A stretch of DNA of 64,000 nt from Octopus vulgaris (taxonomy: Eukaryota): the NCBI GenBank assembly GCA_951406725.2, contig OX597828.1:16182001-16246000 (forward strand). Reading direction: 5' to 3'. Below are positions 12,799-28,673 of this stretch, piece after piece. Made by a program: the position numbers and the translations under genes. Under the pieces are notes generated by a model that saw only the letters and a program-made list of their open reading frames with translations, ran no database searches and had not been told where the DNA came from. Position 1 is the stretch's first letter, and every line of letters begins with the position of its first letter.

Positions 12799-12863
<65 letters not shown>

Positions 12864-12885
12864 TGTATGTATATATATATATACC

Positions 12886-12933
<48 letters not shown>

Positions 12934-13051
12934 CGCATATATATATATACATATGTATATACAGAGAGGTATACATATATTTATATACATATATTTCTAT
13001 GTAGACTTAAATATGTACATACAAATGAATATATGCATATATATGAGTGTG

Positions 13052-13090
<39 letters not shown>

Positions 13091-13095
13091 ATATA

Positions 13096-13197
<102 letters not shown>

Positions 13198-13625
13198 TAT
13201 ACAATATATGTACATATATATGTAATATTCACACACATATACATATATATATATATGATGATGCTGATGCTGATGATGATGATAAGGTCTCTTTTTAGGA
13301 ATACATAGGGGTGTTTGTCCAGAAATTTGGGAGAAAGATTTAGTCGATTAATCCGTCCCCAACGCTTGTGCCGGATCTTGCTGTCTCTAGGGTTAGTGGT
13401 AAAAAAAACAACAACAACAACAAATGAAAACAATGCAAAATAAAAACAACGAAACAAAAGTAAAGAAACGACAAAAAAAAATAAAAGAAACCCAAAGTTG
13501 TTTGCGACTGGATTTGAACTCATAACCTAATGAGCCGAAGAAAATTACTTTAAGCATTTTGTCATTACTTGCCACCTTTCTATTTAAATGGTTTGATGTT
13601 TGGTGCAAGGGCAGCGAAGTTAGGT

Positions 13626-13937
13626 TGTTGTTGTTGTTTGTTCCTTTTCGAGCTATGCCTAGCTCATTAGGGCCGGTTTCCCTGTTTCCTTGGCGTATAG
13701 GTTCCCCACCTGGACGGGACGCCGGTCCGTCGCAGGTGAGCTGCAAGATGCAGGAGGAAAGAGCGAGAGAAAGTTGTGGCGAAAGAGTCAGCAGAAGTTC
13801 GCCGTTACTTTCTGACGGAGCCGCGTGGAACTTAGGTGTTTCGCTCATAAACACGCACATCGCCCGGTCTGAGATTCGAACCCGCGATCCTTCGACTGCG
13901 AGTCCGCTGCTCTAACCACTAGGCTATGTGCCTCCAC
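13626..13937 (-). mobile_element. tRNA-derived SINE, family D, with 13-14-bp TSD
   Basis: Head GTGGAGGCACATAGCCTAGTGGTTAGAGC and B box GGTTCGAATCTC; (AAC)n tail; TSD (c)agcgaagttaggt at 13612-13625 and 13937-13950; near-identical copy at 41810-42115. Confidence 0.9.
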
Positions 13938-14299
13938 AGCGAAGTTAGGTAGAGAGGGTTATTCGATTGTATTGACCGCAGTACTTGACTGGTACTTTAT
14001 TTTATCGACCTCGACAGGACCAAATACAAATAGTGTGTGTGTGTGTTTGTTTTTTAATTTCTGTCTTTTAGTTGTTCCAATTATTGGACTGCGGCCATGC
14101 TGAACCACCGCCTTGAGGTGTTTATTCGAAGAAATCGACCCCTGTACATATTTTTTTTCTTTTTAAGCAGTCCGATCCTTATTCATTCGGTCTTGTTTTG
14201 CTGAGGCACTAAGTTACAGGGACATAAGCAAACCAACACCGGTTGTCAAGCGGTGGTGCGGGACAAGCTCAAATACATAGATACACACACACACACATA

Positions 14300-14715
14300 C
14301 CTATTTCTTTACTACCCACAAGGGGCTAAACACAGAGGGGACAAACAAGGACAGACCAACGGATTAAGTCGATTACATCGACCCCAGTGCGTAACTGGTT
14401 TCTTATTTAATCGACCCCGAAGGGATGAAAGGTAAAGTCGACCTCGGCGGAATTTGAACTCAGAACGTAGCGACAGACGAAATACCTATTTCTTTATTAC
14501 CCACAAGGGGCTAAACACAGAGGCAACAAACAAGGACAGACATAGGTATTAAGTCGATTACATCGACCCCAGTTCGTAACTGGTACTTAATTTATCGACC
14601 CCGAAAGGATGAAAGGCAAAGTCGACCTCGGCGGAATTTGAACTCACAACGTAACGCAGACGAAATACCGTTAAGCATTTCACCCGGCGTGCTAACGTTT
14701 CTGCCAGCTCGCCGC
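14300..14715 (-). mobile_element. tRNA-derived SINE, family B, head-to-tail multimer, inserted in a family A SINE
   Basis: One head (GCGGCGAGCTGGCAGAAACG...GAGTTCAAATTCC) and two ~185-bp body/tail units with a junction at ~14485. Host family A halves lie at about 14070-14295 and 14727-14855. Confidence 0.85.
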
Positions 14716-14899
14716 GCACACATACCACTCACAATGTTTTGGTCGGCCAAAGGCATAGCAAATCACGCATGCCAAAGTTTAAACGCAGTGGGATTGAACC
14801 TGAAGTCAAGCGGTTGGGAATCAAGCTTCCTACCAAGCACATTTAAACGTGCCTAACATATAACAAATAATCAGAACTCAATATGTTCTTTATTCTTTT

Positions 14900-15144
14900 A
14901 ATTTTTTACTTGTTTCAGTCATTTGACTGCGGCCATGCTAGAGCACCACCTATGAGGCTGTATTAGGCGAGGAAATCGTAGTATTTATACTATCGTTGCC
15001 ATTTGCCGAACCGCTAGGTTACGGAGACGTAAACACACCCACATCGGTTGTCAAGTTATGGTAGAGGGACAAACAGGCACCTACACAAACACACACACAC
15101 ACGAACACACACACACATACACACACACACACACACACAATATA

Positions 15145-15183
<39 letters not shown>

Positions 15184-15340
15184 GACAGGCTTCTTTCAGT
15201 TTATTTCTCCCAAATCCACTAAGAAGGCCTTGGTCGGCCCGAGGCTATGGCAGAAGACACATGCATAAAGTGCCACGCTGTGGGACTGAACTCAGAACCA
15301 TGTGGTAAGGAAGCAAGCTTTTTACCACACAGCCACGCCT
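14900..15340 (-). mobile_element. tRNA-derived SINE, family A
   Basis: Minus-strand head GGCGTGGCTGTGTGGTAA...GAGTTCAGTCCC, central TA/CA tract, tail GGTGCTCTAGCATGGCCGCAGTCAAATGACTGAAACAAG. Confidence 0.85.
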
Positions 15341-15802
15341 GTATAATAGATTTTTTCTCTCTCTCTCTCTCATAGAGTTTTCTTGGCAGAGACATTGAAG
15401 GTGGTTTGCCATTGACTTCACCAACAATAACCCTGCCAAGAAAACACTATGAAACCGTCAGAAGGAAGTAACGCCAGGGCCTCATCCAGTGGAAGGGGAT
15501 GCGCTTGATCGAGAAGTTATTTGTTGTATGATAATCAACGTGCTCCAAAAAAAAAAAAAAGAAACGTAGGATTCACGATGATGGCGATGCCGTATTATAC
15601 CACATGAAGTGCAAATAGAAAACCTACGCATGCTACATATACTTGGTTTTCAAGATTTATGCTAACCAGTTGCAATAACCATAGAGTACAAATCGATTTT
15701 ATGTTATAGCAGAAGGAAATATTTATTCAAAATTTTATATTTTATAGTTCTTTCGGTAGCAAAATATTCACTAGATTCCCAGGAGACAAAACAATTTTGA
15801 TG

Positions 15803-15803
<1 letters not shown>

Positions 15804-15901
<98 letters not shown>

Positions 15902-15941
15902 ATTTTTTAATCTCGCTCTCTCTCTCTCTCTATCTATCTAA

Positions 15942-16026
<85 letters not shown>

Positions 16027-16027
16027 G

Positions 16028-16058
<31 letters not shown>

Positions 16059-16100
16059 ATTTTGTAATCTCTCTCTCTCTCTCCCTATCTAATTATCTAC

Positions 16101-16190
<90 letters not shown>
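15804..16190. repeat. (TATC)n microsatellite with a duplicated interruption
   Basis: TATC array; the spacer cattttt(g)taatctc(TC)n occurs twice (about 15901 and 16058). Confidence 0.9.
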
Positions 16191-16550
16191 GATACATACA
16201 TATAGACGTATAGACGTAATATATAAATGAATATATTCACACACACACACACACACACACACACGAACACACGTCATTACAATCATAATCGGAAGTTAAC
16301 GTCCGTTTTCCACCGTGACATGGGTTGGAGAGTTTGACAGGATCCAATGACCCACACATCTTTGCCGTGCTCGGATGTCAGCTTCAGTATGTTTTTTTTT
16401 TGTTAGATGACCTTCCTAACACCAAACACTTTTCAATGTGTACCGGGTACATACTGTTATAAGTTTAAGTTGCAACATAGGAAACGATAGTAAAAACCTC
16501 CGTTGGTACATACATGCATAAAAACATGCATACAAACACACAGACACACA

Positions 16551-16621
<71 letters not shown>

Positions 16622-17057
16622 TCACATACATACATACAATAGTGTGACATTTCTGTTTTTTTCTTCCGTCCTTGTTTCGTACACATTCGCTGTTTTCTTC
16701 CAAGGAATGTAATGCTCTTAGCTTATTTTTCCTTGGCGCTGGTGGCCATATTGGAGCAATCACGAGTATAACCTGCCGAAATTCCAAAGACAATCTGAAA
16801 TTCGACTGAGGATAGAAAACTCTGATAGAAAACGTCCTTGTTTTCCTTGTATCGTTTGTCTGGATATTTTCTTTTCCGTTTTTTGTTTCACCTTTCTTAT
16901 CCCATTTTTTGTATTTATATATATATATATATATACATATATATACACACATACACAATATAGCCGCAATTAAATGACTGAAAGAAGGAAAAGGAATATA
17001 AGAAATGTGTGGATATATACCCATATATATATACGTATATATGTATACATATGCATG

Positions 17058-17129
<72 letters not shown>

Positions 17130-17965
17130 CATTTATTGATTATTCTCTGCATTGCCTGCGAATTAGAATACGCTTCGTTGTAGAAATTATATAATACTGT
17201 AACTAGCCTATTGTTTTTATCGTTTAATTTAAAACCTGATGTTCGAAATCTGTATCGACTACATTGTCAAAAAAAAAAAAAAAAAGAATCAACATTGGAG
17301 TTAACTCCCTTGATTATTTTTAGACTTTTAAATATTCCCATGGGGTATGTTTTTTTTTCCGACTAATTGGTCGGATATCTGTTTATGAAAGTTTTTCACC
17401 TCATTATATAACGTGTATGAGTCATCTGTATTTTCCTTCAGTATGAAGGACGTCTTGGGGTATTTTCCTAATTTATATTGTTGATATTAATAATCAGTGT
17501 CAATACAATACCTCTATATCTGTGTGTGTGTGTGTGTGTGTGTGTGCATATACATATACATACACACAGATGCACGCACATGCATATATATGCATATATG
17601 GGTACAGGACATGCATCAACAAACGAGTTAAATACGTAAACGACGAGAATATATGGAAAACAAGGACAAGTAAACACAAAGGAAGGACCTTTCATCAGTT
17701 GTCGGCTGTCTATCTATTCCTCATATCGAACATTCAACGACAATATGAGTCTTCAAAGACAGTCACTCCCATAAATTATTAAATAAAATTTAAGATTTAT
17801 GGAGGGTCATAGTTGGGAACAAAAACATGATAGTGGAGACATACCAGGGAACCGAACGAAGACAAACTTGGAGGATCTTTAGACCAGGAAAATAGTGAAC
17901 ACTAGGAGAAACATGTTTTTGAAAAGAGGAAAGAGAGAAGAGAGAAGAGAGAGAGAGAGAGATAT

Positions 17966-18048
17966 ACGTCCCTTCTTTTGAAGGTCTGTGCAGGAAAAGA
18001 AAGATGGTCACGTGAGGAAAAAACGATGGTCGATGGTCACGTGTGAGC

Positions 18049-18112
<64 letters not shown>

Positions 18113-18215
18113 GTCCCTTCTTTTGAAGGTCCGTGCAGGAAAAGAAAGATGGTAACGTGAGGGAAAAACGATGGTCGATGGTCACGTATGAGCAACGAGA
18201 GAGAGAGAGAGAGAG
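17966..18215. repeat. Direct tandem duplication of an ~86-bp unit separated by (GA)n
   Basis: acgtcccttcttttgaaggtc...gagcaacg at 17966-18052 and 18111-18197. Confidence 0.9.
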
Positions 18216-18563
18216 AGAAAGAGAAAGAGGGGGACAGAGAGACAGACAGATAGAAAACAGTGAAGGAGGAAGAGTGAGAAAAGGGAATGAGAAGGATGGA
18301 GGAAGAAAAGTGTATAGAGTAGAGAGTCACATCAAAAAGGGTGAAGATAAACTTACTTGGAATGGATTAGTCGCGTTCAGTTAAATAATAAATAATATAA
18401 CACACACACACACACGCACACACACACACGCACACATATATATATGTATGTTATGTATGCATATATATTCCCAACCACACACCACATGGTTCCGGGTTCA
18501 GTCCCACTGCGTGACACCTTGAGTAAAGAATTTTGAGTAGATTAAAGAAGCCCGTCTTATATA

Positions 18564-19116
18564 TTGGGTTGTCCGGAAAGTTCGTGCCGATTTATAGTAG
18601 CTTACCTTTCGACTTATTCTAGAACATTATTGAGTCCATAAAATAGGATTTGACTACACCTCCATTTAGAGCACAGTTTAAGCTATCTTTTCGTGGAAGA
18701 AGATTCATATTCCTATAGCCTGTGTTAATTCTGTAACGCTTTAAAATGGAAGATAAGAAAGTTCATTTTCAGCACTTGATGCTTTGGGAACCAGACAAAA
18801 ATTGCTGCAGCTCGGCTGAGATGTGTTACCGTCCTCTCCATATTCACCAGGTATTACTCCTTCGGATTTCCACTTATTCAGGTCTCTGCAGAATAGTCTT
18901 AATGATAAAAATTTCAATTCCTTGGATGACGTAAAAAATACCTTGATGAATTGTTTGCCATGAAACCACCTCAATTCTGGGAAGAGGGTATTTTCAAGGT
19001 AAAGGAATGATGGAGACGCATTCTGCAACAATTGCTTGATTAATAATGTAATGGCAAGTATTTATTGACTTTTTTCTTTCCTTTAAAAATCGGCACGAAC
19101 TTTCCGGACAACCCAA
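18564..19116 (+). mobile_element. Mariner internal-deletion derivative (non-autonomous), nested in a family A SINE
   Basis: TIR TTGGGTTGTCCGGAAAGTTCGTGCCGATTT at both ends; TA TSD; residual transposase N-terminus MEDKKVHFQHLMLWE and C-terminal YSP..PSDFHLFRSLQNSL motif. Host SINE at about 18470-18560 and 19119-19300. Confidence 0.92.
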
Positions 19117-19530
19117 TATATATATGCTTGTGTGTCTTCGTGTTTACGTACGTCCCGGTAACTTAGCGGTTCGGCAAAATAACCGATAGAATAAGTACTA
19201 GGTTTAGAAAGAATAAGTTCTTGGGTAGATTTTTTCGAGTGAAAAACCTTTTAAGGTGGTGCTCCAGCATAACCGCAGTCAAATGACTGGAACATGTAAA
19301 ATAATTTAGTCAACTGATTTGATAATGACATGCTGAGGATATCCAATAAAACTGAAGTATGGCCTTAGCCTACACCATCTGTCTTTGAAGACCAGAACAA
19401 CCCCTAAGTGAAATGTTTATTGTATCCCAAAATTTTATGTTTATTAATTGTAAGTAAATAATTCCTTGTCATATTTCGTTTTTGTATTTGGTTTGCAAGA
19501 TTCTTTATATGAGTTCGTCTGTTGAAGCAC

Positions 19531-19794
19531 ATTCTGTTGTGTCTGGGGAGAGTCATTTTCTTTTTGTGCCTTCTTATAATGTAACACACTCACCGGTAAA
19601 ATTTCCAATTATTTCTTATTTTTAATTTCATTGCATCTTGCAACCTTTTAAAGAGTCAAGACTATTGAAAAGGTTGCAAGACGCAACGAAAATTTTAGGA
19701 AAATAAAAATAAGAAATAAGTGGAAATTTTACCGGTGAGTGTGTTCCATTATAAGGCACAGAAAGAAAATGACTCTCCCCAGACACAACAGAAT
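19531..19794. repeat. Long fold-back inverted repeat (~120-bp arms), probably a Penelope-like element terminus
   Basis: 19531-19649 is reverse-complementary to 19668-19794. The PLE origin is inferred from an HHR-like stem-loop-GAAA near the centre. Confidence 0.8.
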
Positions 19795-20512
19795 TCATTG
19801 TCATATATTGTCCGAAATTAACTGATCCTATTAGAGTTCTGCAGCTGATGCTTCTCGATGACTAGAGTTTCCTCAAGCACATCATTACTCTTTCTCATCA
19901 CCAGTCGTCTATACCCTGCAAGAGCTGACGATGTACCATGTAGAGTATTGTGTGTATGTGAGAACATTCCAGATACTAGGATTCCAATTTTTGTATTTGC
20001 TTGCCTTAGAAATGCTGAAAAGTGTACAAACATTTGCTCACCGCCCAGTACCACAAACTCAGTGTATGTCTGTTAGTTATCAATCAGTGATAGCCAGTTC
20101 TCTATACGGTGGGTGTTAGCAGCAGATTGGTATTGCCACCAGTGAAATGCTCCCTTCAACAAGAAGATGTTTCAATCTGGCTGATAAGAATTAGAGGAAG
20201 GCACCTCTCTCAGGTGGGAGACGATGTCTCTTCTTCCACCTGTCGTTTCTTCCTGACCTGTCAGGTATAGTTCTCTCTTTGTTAATTTCTTAGTGAAACT
20301 TTCTTAGTGAAAGTTTCTACCCAGTTAGAATTCTGCTCTAAATCTCGTCGCAAGTATCTCAACAGGACCGTGGGTCCTGCACCAAGCAGTGCTGGCAGGA
20401 CTAGAAATACCTCTCAAAGGGTTCAACTGTAAGTCAATCTATTGTTCTTTGTTTATGCGAGATCCAGTTATCAAATCGTAATTCTTTAGCACAGTGGCGA
20501 CCAATTCACATT

Positions 20513-20898
20513 CTTATTTCTTTATTGCCCACAAGGGGCTAAACATAGAGGGGACAAACAAGGAGATTAAGTTGATTGCATCGCCCCCAGTGCGTAACTG
20601 GTACTTAATTTATCAACCTTGAAAGGATGTAAGGCAAAGTCGACCTCGGTGGAATTTGAACTCAGAACGTAACGACAGACGAAATACCTATTTTTTACTA
20701 CCCACAAGGGGCTAAACACAGAAGGGACAAACAAGGACAGACAAACGGATTAAGTCGATTATATCGACCCCAGTGTGTAACTGGTACTTATTTAATCGAC
20801 TCCGAAAGGATGAATTTGAACTCAGAACGTAACGGCAGACGAAATACTGCTAAGCATTTCGCCCGGCGTGCTAACGATTCTGCCAGCTCACCGCCTTA
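20513..20898 (-). mobile_element. Family B SINE dimer with 13-bp TSD
   Basis: TSD accaattcacatt at 20500-20512 and 20899-20911; internal junction gaaatac|ctattt at ~20687. Confidence 0.9.
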
Positions 20899-21127
20899 AC
20901 CAATTCACATTTTGTGGTACCCAGATTAGTACTGTGACGCCATCTGTCGATACAAATTTTCTGCGTCCCATTTCGAACTGTAATCTTTTTGTTCAGCAAT
21001 TTTCTCTTCCGTTTTCCCAGTTCAAGGGTCAAAGCGTTTCAGGAAAGAAGAGAGCGGACGCTCTTGAAAGACTAAGCCTATGAGTAAGACTGGTTCCAAT
21101 TGATGCACATTGAGTATGATTATTTGA

Positions 21128-21437
21128 AGGTACGTGGCTCAGTGGTAAGGGATATTTAGTTCACGATCGTAAAGTCGTGAGTTCGATTCTCGGCGGCGTC
21201 TTGCGTCTTTTGCAAGGCTCTTTATTTCGTATCGCTCCAATCCACTCAACAGGCAACATGAGTAGTGCATTTAATTCAAAAGGATCGTCTTGTCACATTC
21301 TGTGTCACGCTGAATCTCACAGAGAACTACGTGAAGGGTCTGTGGAGTATTCATCCACTTGCACGTTAATTTCACAGGCAGGCTGTTCAGTTGATCGGAT
21401 CAACTGGAAGTATCGTCGTCGTAACCGACGGAGTACC
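21128..21437 (+). mobile_element. Family C SINE (diverged)
   Basis: GTGGCTCAGTGGTAAGG A box, GAGTTCGATTCTC B box; body homologous to 6856-7179. Confidence 0.8.
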
Positions 21438-21533
21438 AGTCTGTATGCTCGTGGAGCAGATGCTATCTGAATCCATGTAGAAACAATTAAGTTCTAATAG
21501 TGGAAATGGATTCGTCGCGTTCAGTTAAATAAT

Positions 21534-21673
<140 letters not shown>

Positions 21674-21914
21674 CATATCTAATGTAAGATAAAATTTTTT
21701 GGGAAAAATTTTTTATCAATGGCCAGCATATTAAAAGTTACCTTTAAAGTTTAAATTTATAAACAATTCATAAATAAGGGCAAACGAAACAATTTCTAAT
21801 GCCAAATATGTCGAAAAATTGGACATATTGTCCATTAACCATATAATATTTTCACAATATGCACGCTACTCGAAAAATGTCGACCGAAATTTCTAAAATA
21901 TTCCATTATAACCA

Positions 21915-21967
21915 TATCGAACCGATTTCAGGGTTAGCTCATAAGAGCCCTCCCTTCGTCAGTGATA
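21915..21967 (-). ncRNA. Degenerate type I hammerhead ribozyme motif
   Basis: Minus strand: tatca-CTGACGA-aggg..gctc ttat gagc..ccct-GAAA-tcgg-TT-cgata. Core is intact, with single mismatches in stems I and III. Confidence 0.6.
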
Positions 21968-22179
21968 AATGTGGCAAAAGAAATAAATGAGATACTTACT
22001 CATGCCCATGGATACATACATACATACATACATCTCGCCGAGTATAGCTTTGCCTTCAATCCTTACTGAAATCAATAAAATATGTTAGCAATTCAAGATC
22101 GGAGATTGATTTAATAGTCTGTCTAAACCCGTTTCCCGACCAATTTTTGACACAGTGCCTATCTTTCATCATATAGCCT

Positions 22180-22856
<677 letters not shown>

Positions 22857-22857
22857 G

Positions 22858-22943
<86 letters not shown>

Positions 22944-23593
22944 CACGGTAGATTGATTAAAAAAATGCGAAAAAAATATTAAGAAGAATATTGGGATTGA
23001 CTGAATATATAAATTGAAGATTTCAACAGGAAAAAATATTTAGAAAAAATATATGAAAAAACTCCTGCGGATGTTTTTAAGAAAAAAAAGAAAAAAAAAT
23101 GTCGACGGGAGATGGACGGGAAGGCACGCAGTTAAGGTAAAAGTAGGAATGTATATAATATTTTACAGAATCATGTTTGTATATTTCTATTCTAAATTTT
23201 ATTTTTCCTGCATAGAATTATGAATAATTCACATAGTAAAATTGAATATCGTTTCGTTTCGTTCTTTCGTTCGTACGTACGTTCGTTCTTACGTTCGTTT
23301 GTCGGTTTGTTTGTTAGAATAAGCAAATAAAATAGAAATAAAACGAAGAGATGAAAAGACAAAAGACAAACAAATACAAAAATAACAACGGAAAATATAA
23401 ACGGAAAAAGAAAAAACTACATGAAAATATAATGAATGAACGAGAGAGGGAGAGAGAGAGAGAGGGAGAGAGGAATGGAAGAAAAGTTAATATAAATATT
23501 TAAAATTGCTTTGCACTTGTAAGTAAGTTTATCGTAGTTGGCTCTCATAGTAAGACTTTAGCAGCGAAGTTCAACTATGGAAGCCAGGATATC

Positions 23594-23648
<55 letters not shown>

Positions 23649-24003
23649 ATAGAAGCAAAGAGAGGGTAGGGGGGATATATTTTAATATATATTAATAATA
23701 TTAACAGCACTGAAAAAAAAAAATTAGTTTGCTTTGTTAATAAAAGAAGGCAGGTACGCGCAATGACAAATATAAATAAAAATATTAAAGTTAGATGGCG
23801 AATGAAAACGTGAGAAGAGAGAGAGAGAGAGGGGGTGAAAAAAGAAAAAGAGAGAGAGAGTGAGGTGGTGGTGATGGGGTGGGGGCAAGAGGAAGTGTGA
23901 TAGAACCAGACTGAATGAGGAAGAAATGGTATTGTACTTGTACTGCATGTTTGAATATCTGCATATGCGTTTGTTTGTGTTGGTGAGCGTGCAAGTGTGG
24001 TAT

Positions 24004-24048
<45 letters not shown>

Positions 24049-24179
24049 TGTGTAAGTGAGCGTAAGTATGTGCGCTTGAGTACGTGCAGAAGTGAGTGTG
24101 TGTGTGTCGTGGGGGAAGGGAAGAGAGAGAGAGAGACAGAGATAGAGAGAGAGAGAGGGAGAGAAAGAGAAACACACAC

Positions 24180-24222
<43 letters not shown>

Positions 24223-24397
24223 CTGGACGAAATCCCAATGAATCACTGAATTTGAGGAATGAATATATGTTATACAGCATACATACATATATACATACAT
24301 ATATAAATATGTGCGTGTGTAAATGCTTGTATGTAAATATATATATACCAAATATAGATTGATATATATATATATATACATATATATATACATACAT

Positions 24398-24449
<52 letters not shown>

Positions 24450-24489
24450 GCACATAGACAAATATATATATATACATATATATATATAA

Positions 24490-24531
<42 letters not shown>

Positions 24532-24591
24532 ATATATATATGCTTATACATACACACATACGCATTATATACAGACATATATATATATATG

Positions 24592-24652
<61 letters not shown>

Positions 24653-25048
24653 GCGCACGCGCACATAACTCCTATCCATACTGGTGTTTTTAAATTTCAA
24701 TACAAACACACAACCATGTTCAAATCTACCATAATATAAACACGTATTCTTTGACAAAGCATGCATGCACGCATGTTGTATGTTATCTATGTATAAGTGT
24801 ATATGCAGATGTGATTAATGCTAGCGCATATGAATAATTAAATATCTGTATGTATATATATATAAATATATATATATATATACGCGTCACTGCGCGTATA
24901 TATTTATATGTGCGAGTGTATAAATAGAAAACTGTATATCTTCGAGGCATGTGGTGTTGAAAACTGTTTTTTATAAACTTCGAGATTTTGTGCTCCATTT
25001 TCTTTTTATTTGGTTATAGTTAGAGAATGTGTGAATATACAACATACA

Positions 25049-25091
<43 letters not shown>

Positions 25092-25423
25092 TATATATAT
25101 ATACATACACATATATATATGTATATATGTATGTGTATATATATATATACATATATATATATATAGATAGATAGATAGATAGATATATATAGATATATAG
25201 ATATATATATATTATACATGAATATGTATGCAATAATGTAGAAATATTATAAATACACACATACACATATGTTTTAGTACGTATGTAAAATGTATGTATA
25301 TTTATAAATTCATGTACACACATACAAACACACATACAGAGAAACACACTCATACTCGTAGCCATATATTCATATATATCTATATATACATAAATGCTTG
25401 CATAACTGCAACACAACGAAGTA

Positions 25424-25579
<156 letters not shown>

Positions 25580-26288
25580 GAAAAGAACTCACACATTGCA
25601 TACACACACTCATAGACAGAGAAACACAAATACAGATTGTATTAAAAACACGACTGTGCCCTTGCTTATCTTTTGGAATAAGATTTTACTCATATTTTCG
25701 TATGAATTTCTTGCAATTTACAGCAAAAATCACGAACATTTCTAAACTTTCACAGTCTCTTCTTCAGGATGTAGTAATGTTGGAGTGTATTGCTGATGCT
25801 TTATTGCAAGCATATTAAATATAATTAGTGTGTACATTACCACCAGAATTTTAATTTTGACTATTAAATGGATACGTCATTCATTTATCAGGTATTTGTT
25901 TTTGCTTGTGACTGTTGTCTGCTGTTCAGATGTTTATTGCAGCAATTCGTTTCCATCAAACGCCAAACTGTTGGTGTAACACTGTGGAGTATGGAGGTGT
26001 TGTCTACTAATGTTTTCCTATCCAGTGAAAGAGTAAAGTATGTGAATGTGAGCGTGCGTGTGTCATACGAAGGCGTTGGTACATATTTTTGCTCCATTAG
26101 AAAACGTTATTCTTGAGGGTGTTCATTCTCTTCATTCACCGCAACCAATATCAGCAGCAGCAATACCACCACTACCACCACCACCACCAGCGTCATCTTC
26201 ATCATCATCATCATTATTCATCATCATCATCATTATTCATCATCATCATCATCATTCATCATCATCATCATCATCATCATTATTCATT

Positions 26289-26329
<41 letters not shown>

Positions 26330-26474
26330 TCATCATCATCATCATCATCATCATTATCAGCATCATCATCACCGTCATCATCATCATCATCATCACCGCC
26401 GCCGCCGCCGCCGCCGCCACCACCACCACCACCACCACCACCATCACCACCACCACCACCACCACCACCACTAC

Positions 26475-26507
<33 letters not shown>

Positions 26508-26689
26508 AAAGACGACGACGACGACGACGACGCCCAGCTGCTGCACTATTATAATCGTCGCTAGCGTTGTCATCGTCATCGTCATCGTCATTGCCATCGT
26601 CGTCGTCGTCGTCGCCATCATCATCCTCGTCTCCATATCAATTACAACAACTGCACCGCGACCAGCAAAAGTAGCAACCAGAACAAGAG

Positions 26690-26890
26690 TAACACGATCA
26701 TTATGCAAGAACGTTTATACAAAAATGCCACCATTAATCGGAACTACCAAGATTCTAAGAGAACTTCTTTCTGCCTGAAGTCCTCAGACCCGATGGAAAA
26801 AAACCCCCATTTTTTTTCCTTTCTCATTAGTATTGAACACTTTACACATTGAACGCCAAACTGAACAATAACAACTTTGATAATTACCAA
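26690..26890 (+). mobile_element. R4/Dong-like extreme 3' fragment
   Basis: Translates ..KMPPLIGTTKILRELLSA*, resembling the LLGTAxILRKVL* terminus of the other two fragments. Confidence 0.5.
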
Positions 26891-26934
26891 TTCTTCTTCT
26901 TCTTCTTCTTCTTCTTCTTCTTCTTCTTCTTCTT

Positions 26935-27071
<137 letters not shown>

Positions 27072-27189
27072 CATCATCATCATTATTATTATTATTATTA
27101 TTATCGTCATCATCATTTATCTCCTTTTTCATCTTCTCTCTCTCTCTCTCTCGCACGCGCCGTATCTAACTCTTCATCCCGTCCTTGAT

Positions 27190-27304
<115 letters not shown>

Positions 27305-27738
27305 CATTATTTCGTGATTTTTGGTGCACAGCTAAGAGCAACTCCGTACAGGTTGAGTACATGCTGTGCTTTCTTTCCCTTTTCTTTCTGCTGTAATATC
27401 CTGAAAGTACTCTATGTAATATCTATGCTGACAGTCCTTGTGGTACTATCTTTCTGTTTGTTGTGCATATGTGTACGTCCTGAAGTTTGGGAACATCCTA
27501 AAGCAATTCTATTCAAGTTACACTTCGATCATGAACTTAAGAGAGTGACTAAACTTATGAGGTAATATTTATCCCCACTCAAACGGTGATGTTCTGTTGG
27601 AACAAACTATACTGCGGTAGATACCACGAGAGAAACTCATATATTAGCTTTTGGTGCAAAATGCGAAACAAGAGTGCATTTTGCAGTGTTTCTTTCATGG
27701 TAGCAGATCTGAAGAAATATCAGACCTGCTACTATCAA

Positions 27739-28295
27739 CCTACCTACCTACCTACCTACCTACCTACCTACCTACCTACCTACCTACCTACCTACCTACC
27801 TACCTACCTACCTACCTACCTACCTACCTACCTACCTACCTACCTACCTACCTACCTACCTCATGCCTGCCTACCTCATGCCTGCCTACCTACCCACCTA
27901 CCTACCTACCCACCTACCTACCTACCTACCTACCTACCTATCTACCTACCTACCTACCTATCTACCTACCTGCCTACCTACCTACCTACCTACATACCTA
28001 CCTACCTACCTACCTACTTACCTACCTACCTACCTACCTACCTACCTACCTACCTACCTACCTACCTACCTACCTACCTACCTACCTACCTACCTACCTA
28101 CCTGCCTAGCTACCTAGCTACCTATCTGCCTACCTACCTACCTACCACTACCTGCCTAGCTACCTAGCTACCTACCTAGCTACCTAGCTACCTAGCTACC
28201 TACCGAGCTACCTAGCTACCTAGCTACCTAGCAACCTACCTTCCTACCTACCTACCTACCTACCTACCTACCTACCTACCTACCTACCTACCTAA
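27739..28295. repeat. (TACC)n microsatellite grading into (TACCTAGC)n
   Basis: Directly visible. Confidence 0.95.
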
Positions 28296-28566
28296 CTACT
28301 TACTGAGCCCTCACAAAAGTAAAAGAGAGAGAAAAAAAAGAAAATGTTCCACGTATTTTAAAACTATGGAAATATTTTAAAAAAATTATTTCATTTAATT
28401 TTTCCACAATTTAACAGTTTTCATGCTTTACTCTAAGTTGAAAAATTAGCAAAGGCTGAAACCGGTACTAAAATGTTCTTCATAGTAATATCATTTTAGC
28501 ATTTTCTACCTTATCTTATTTTCCTTATACATATTAACTCGTATGTTCCTTTTCAACCTTCTGATA

Positions 28567-28673
<107 letters not shown>

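Noticed and set aside
13860-13937. tRNA-like sequences with A and B boxes (here and in other SINE heads)
   Set aside because: They continue into SINE bodies with tails and TSDs and lack a proper acceptor stem; not tRNA genes.
14300-14715. SINE B tandem units as hammerhead retrozymes or a CRISPR-like array
   Set aside because: No CUGAnGA/GAAA core on either strand of the unit, and no unique spacers.
19800-21110. High-complexity segment that might be exonic
   Set aside because: Stops in the frames examined, interrupted by a SINE, no recognisable motif; probably an old TE.
23558-24766. 402-aa ORF, the longest in the track
   Set aside because: Composed of (TA)n, (CA)n and (TC)n translations (YIYI, THTH, LSLS); not a gene.
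27700-27732. 13-bp hairpin gtagcagatctga/tcagacctgctac as a pre-miRNA
   Set aside because: Stem is too short; I also recognised no conserved bilaterian miRNA mature sequence anywhere in the window.
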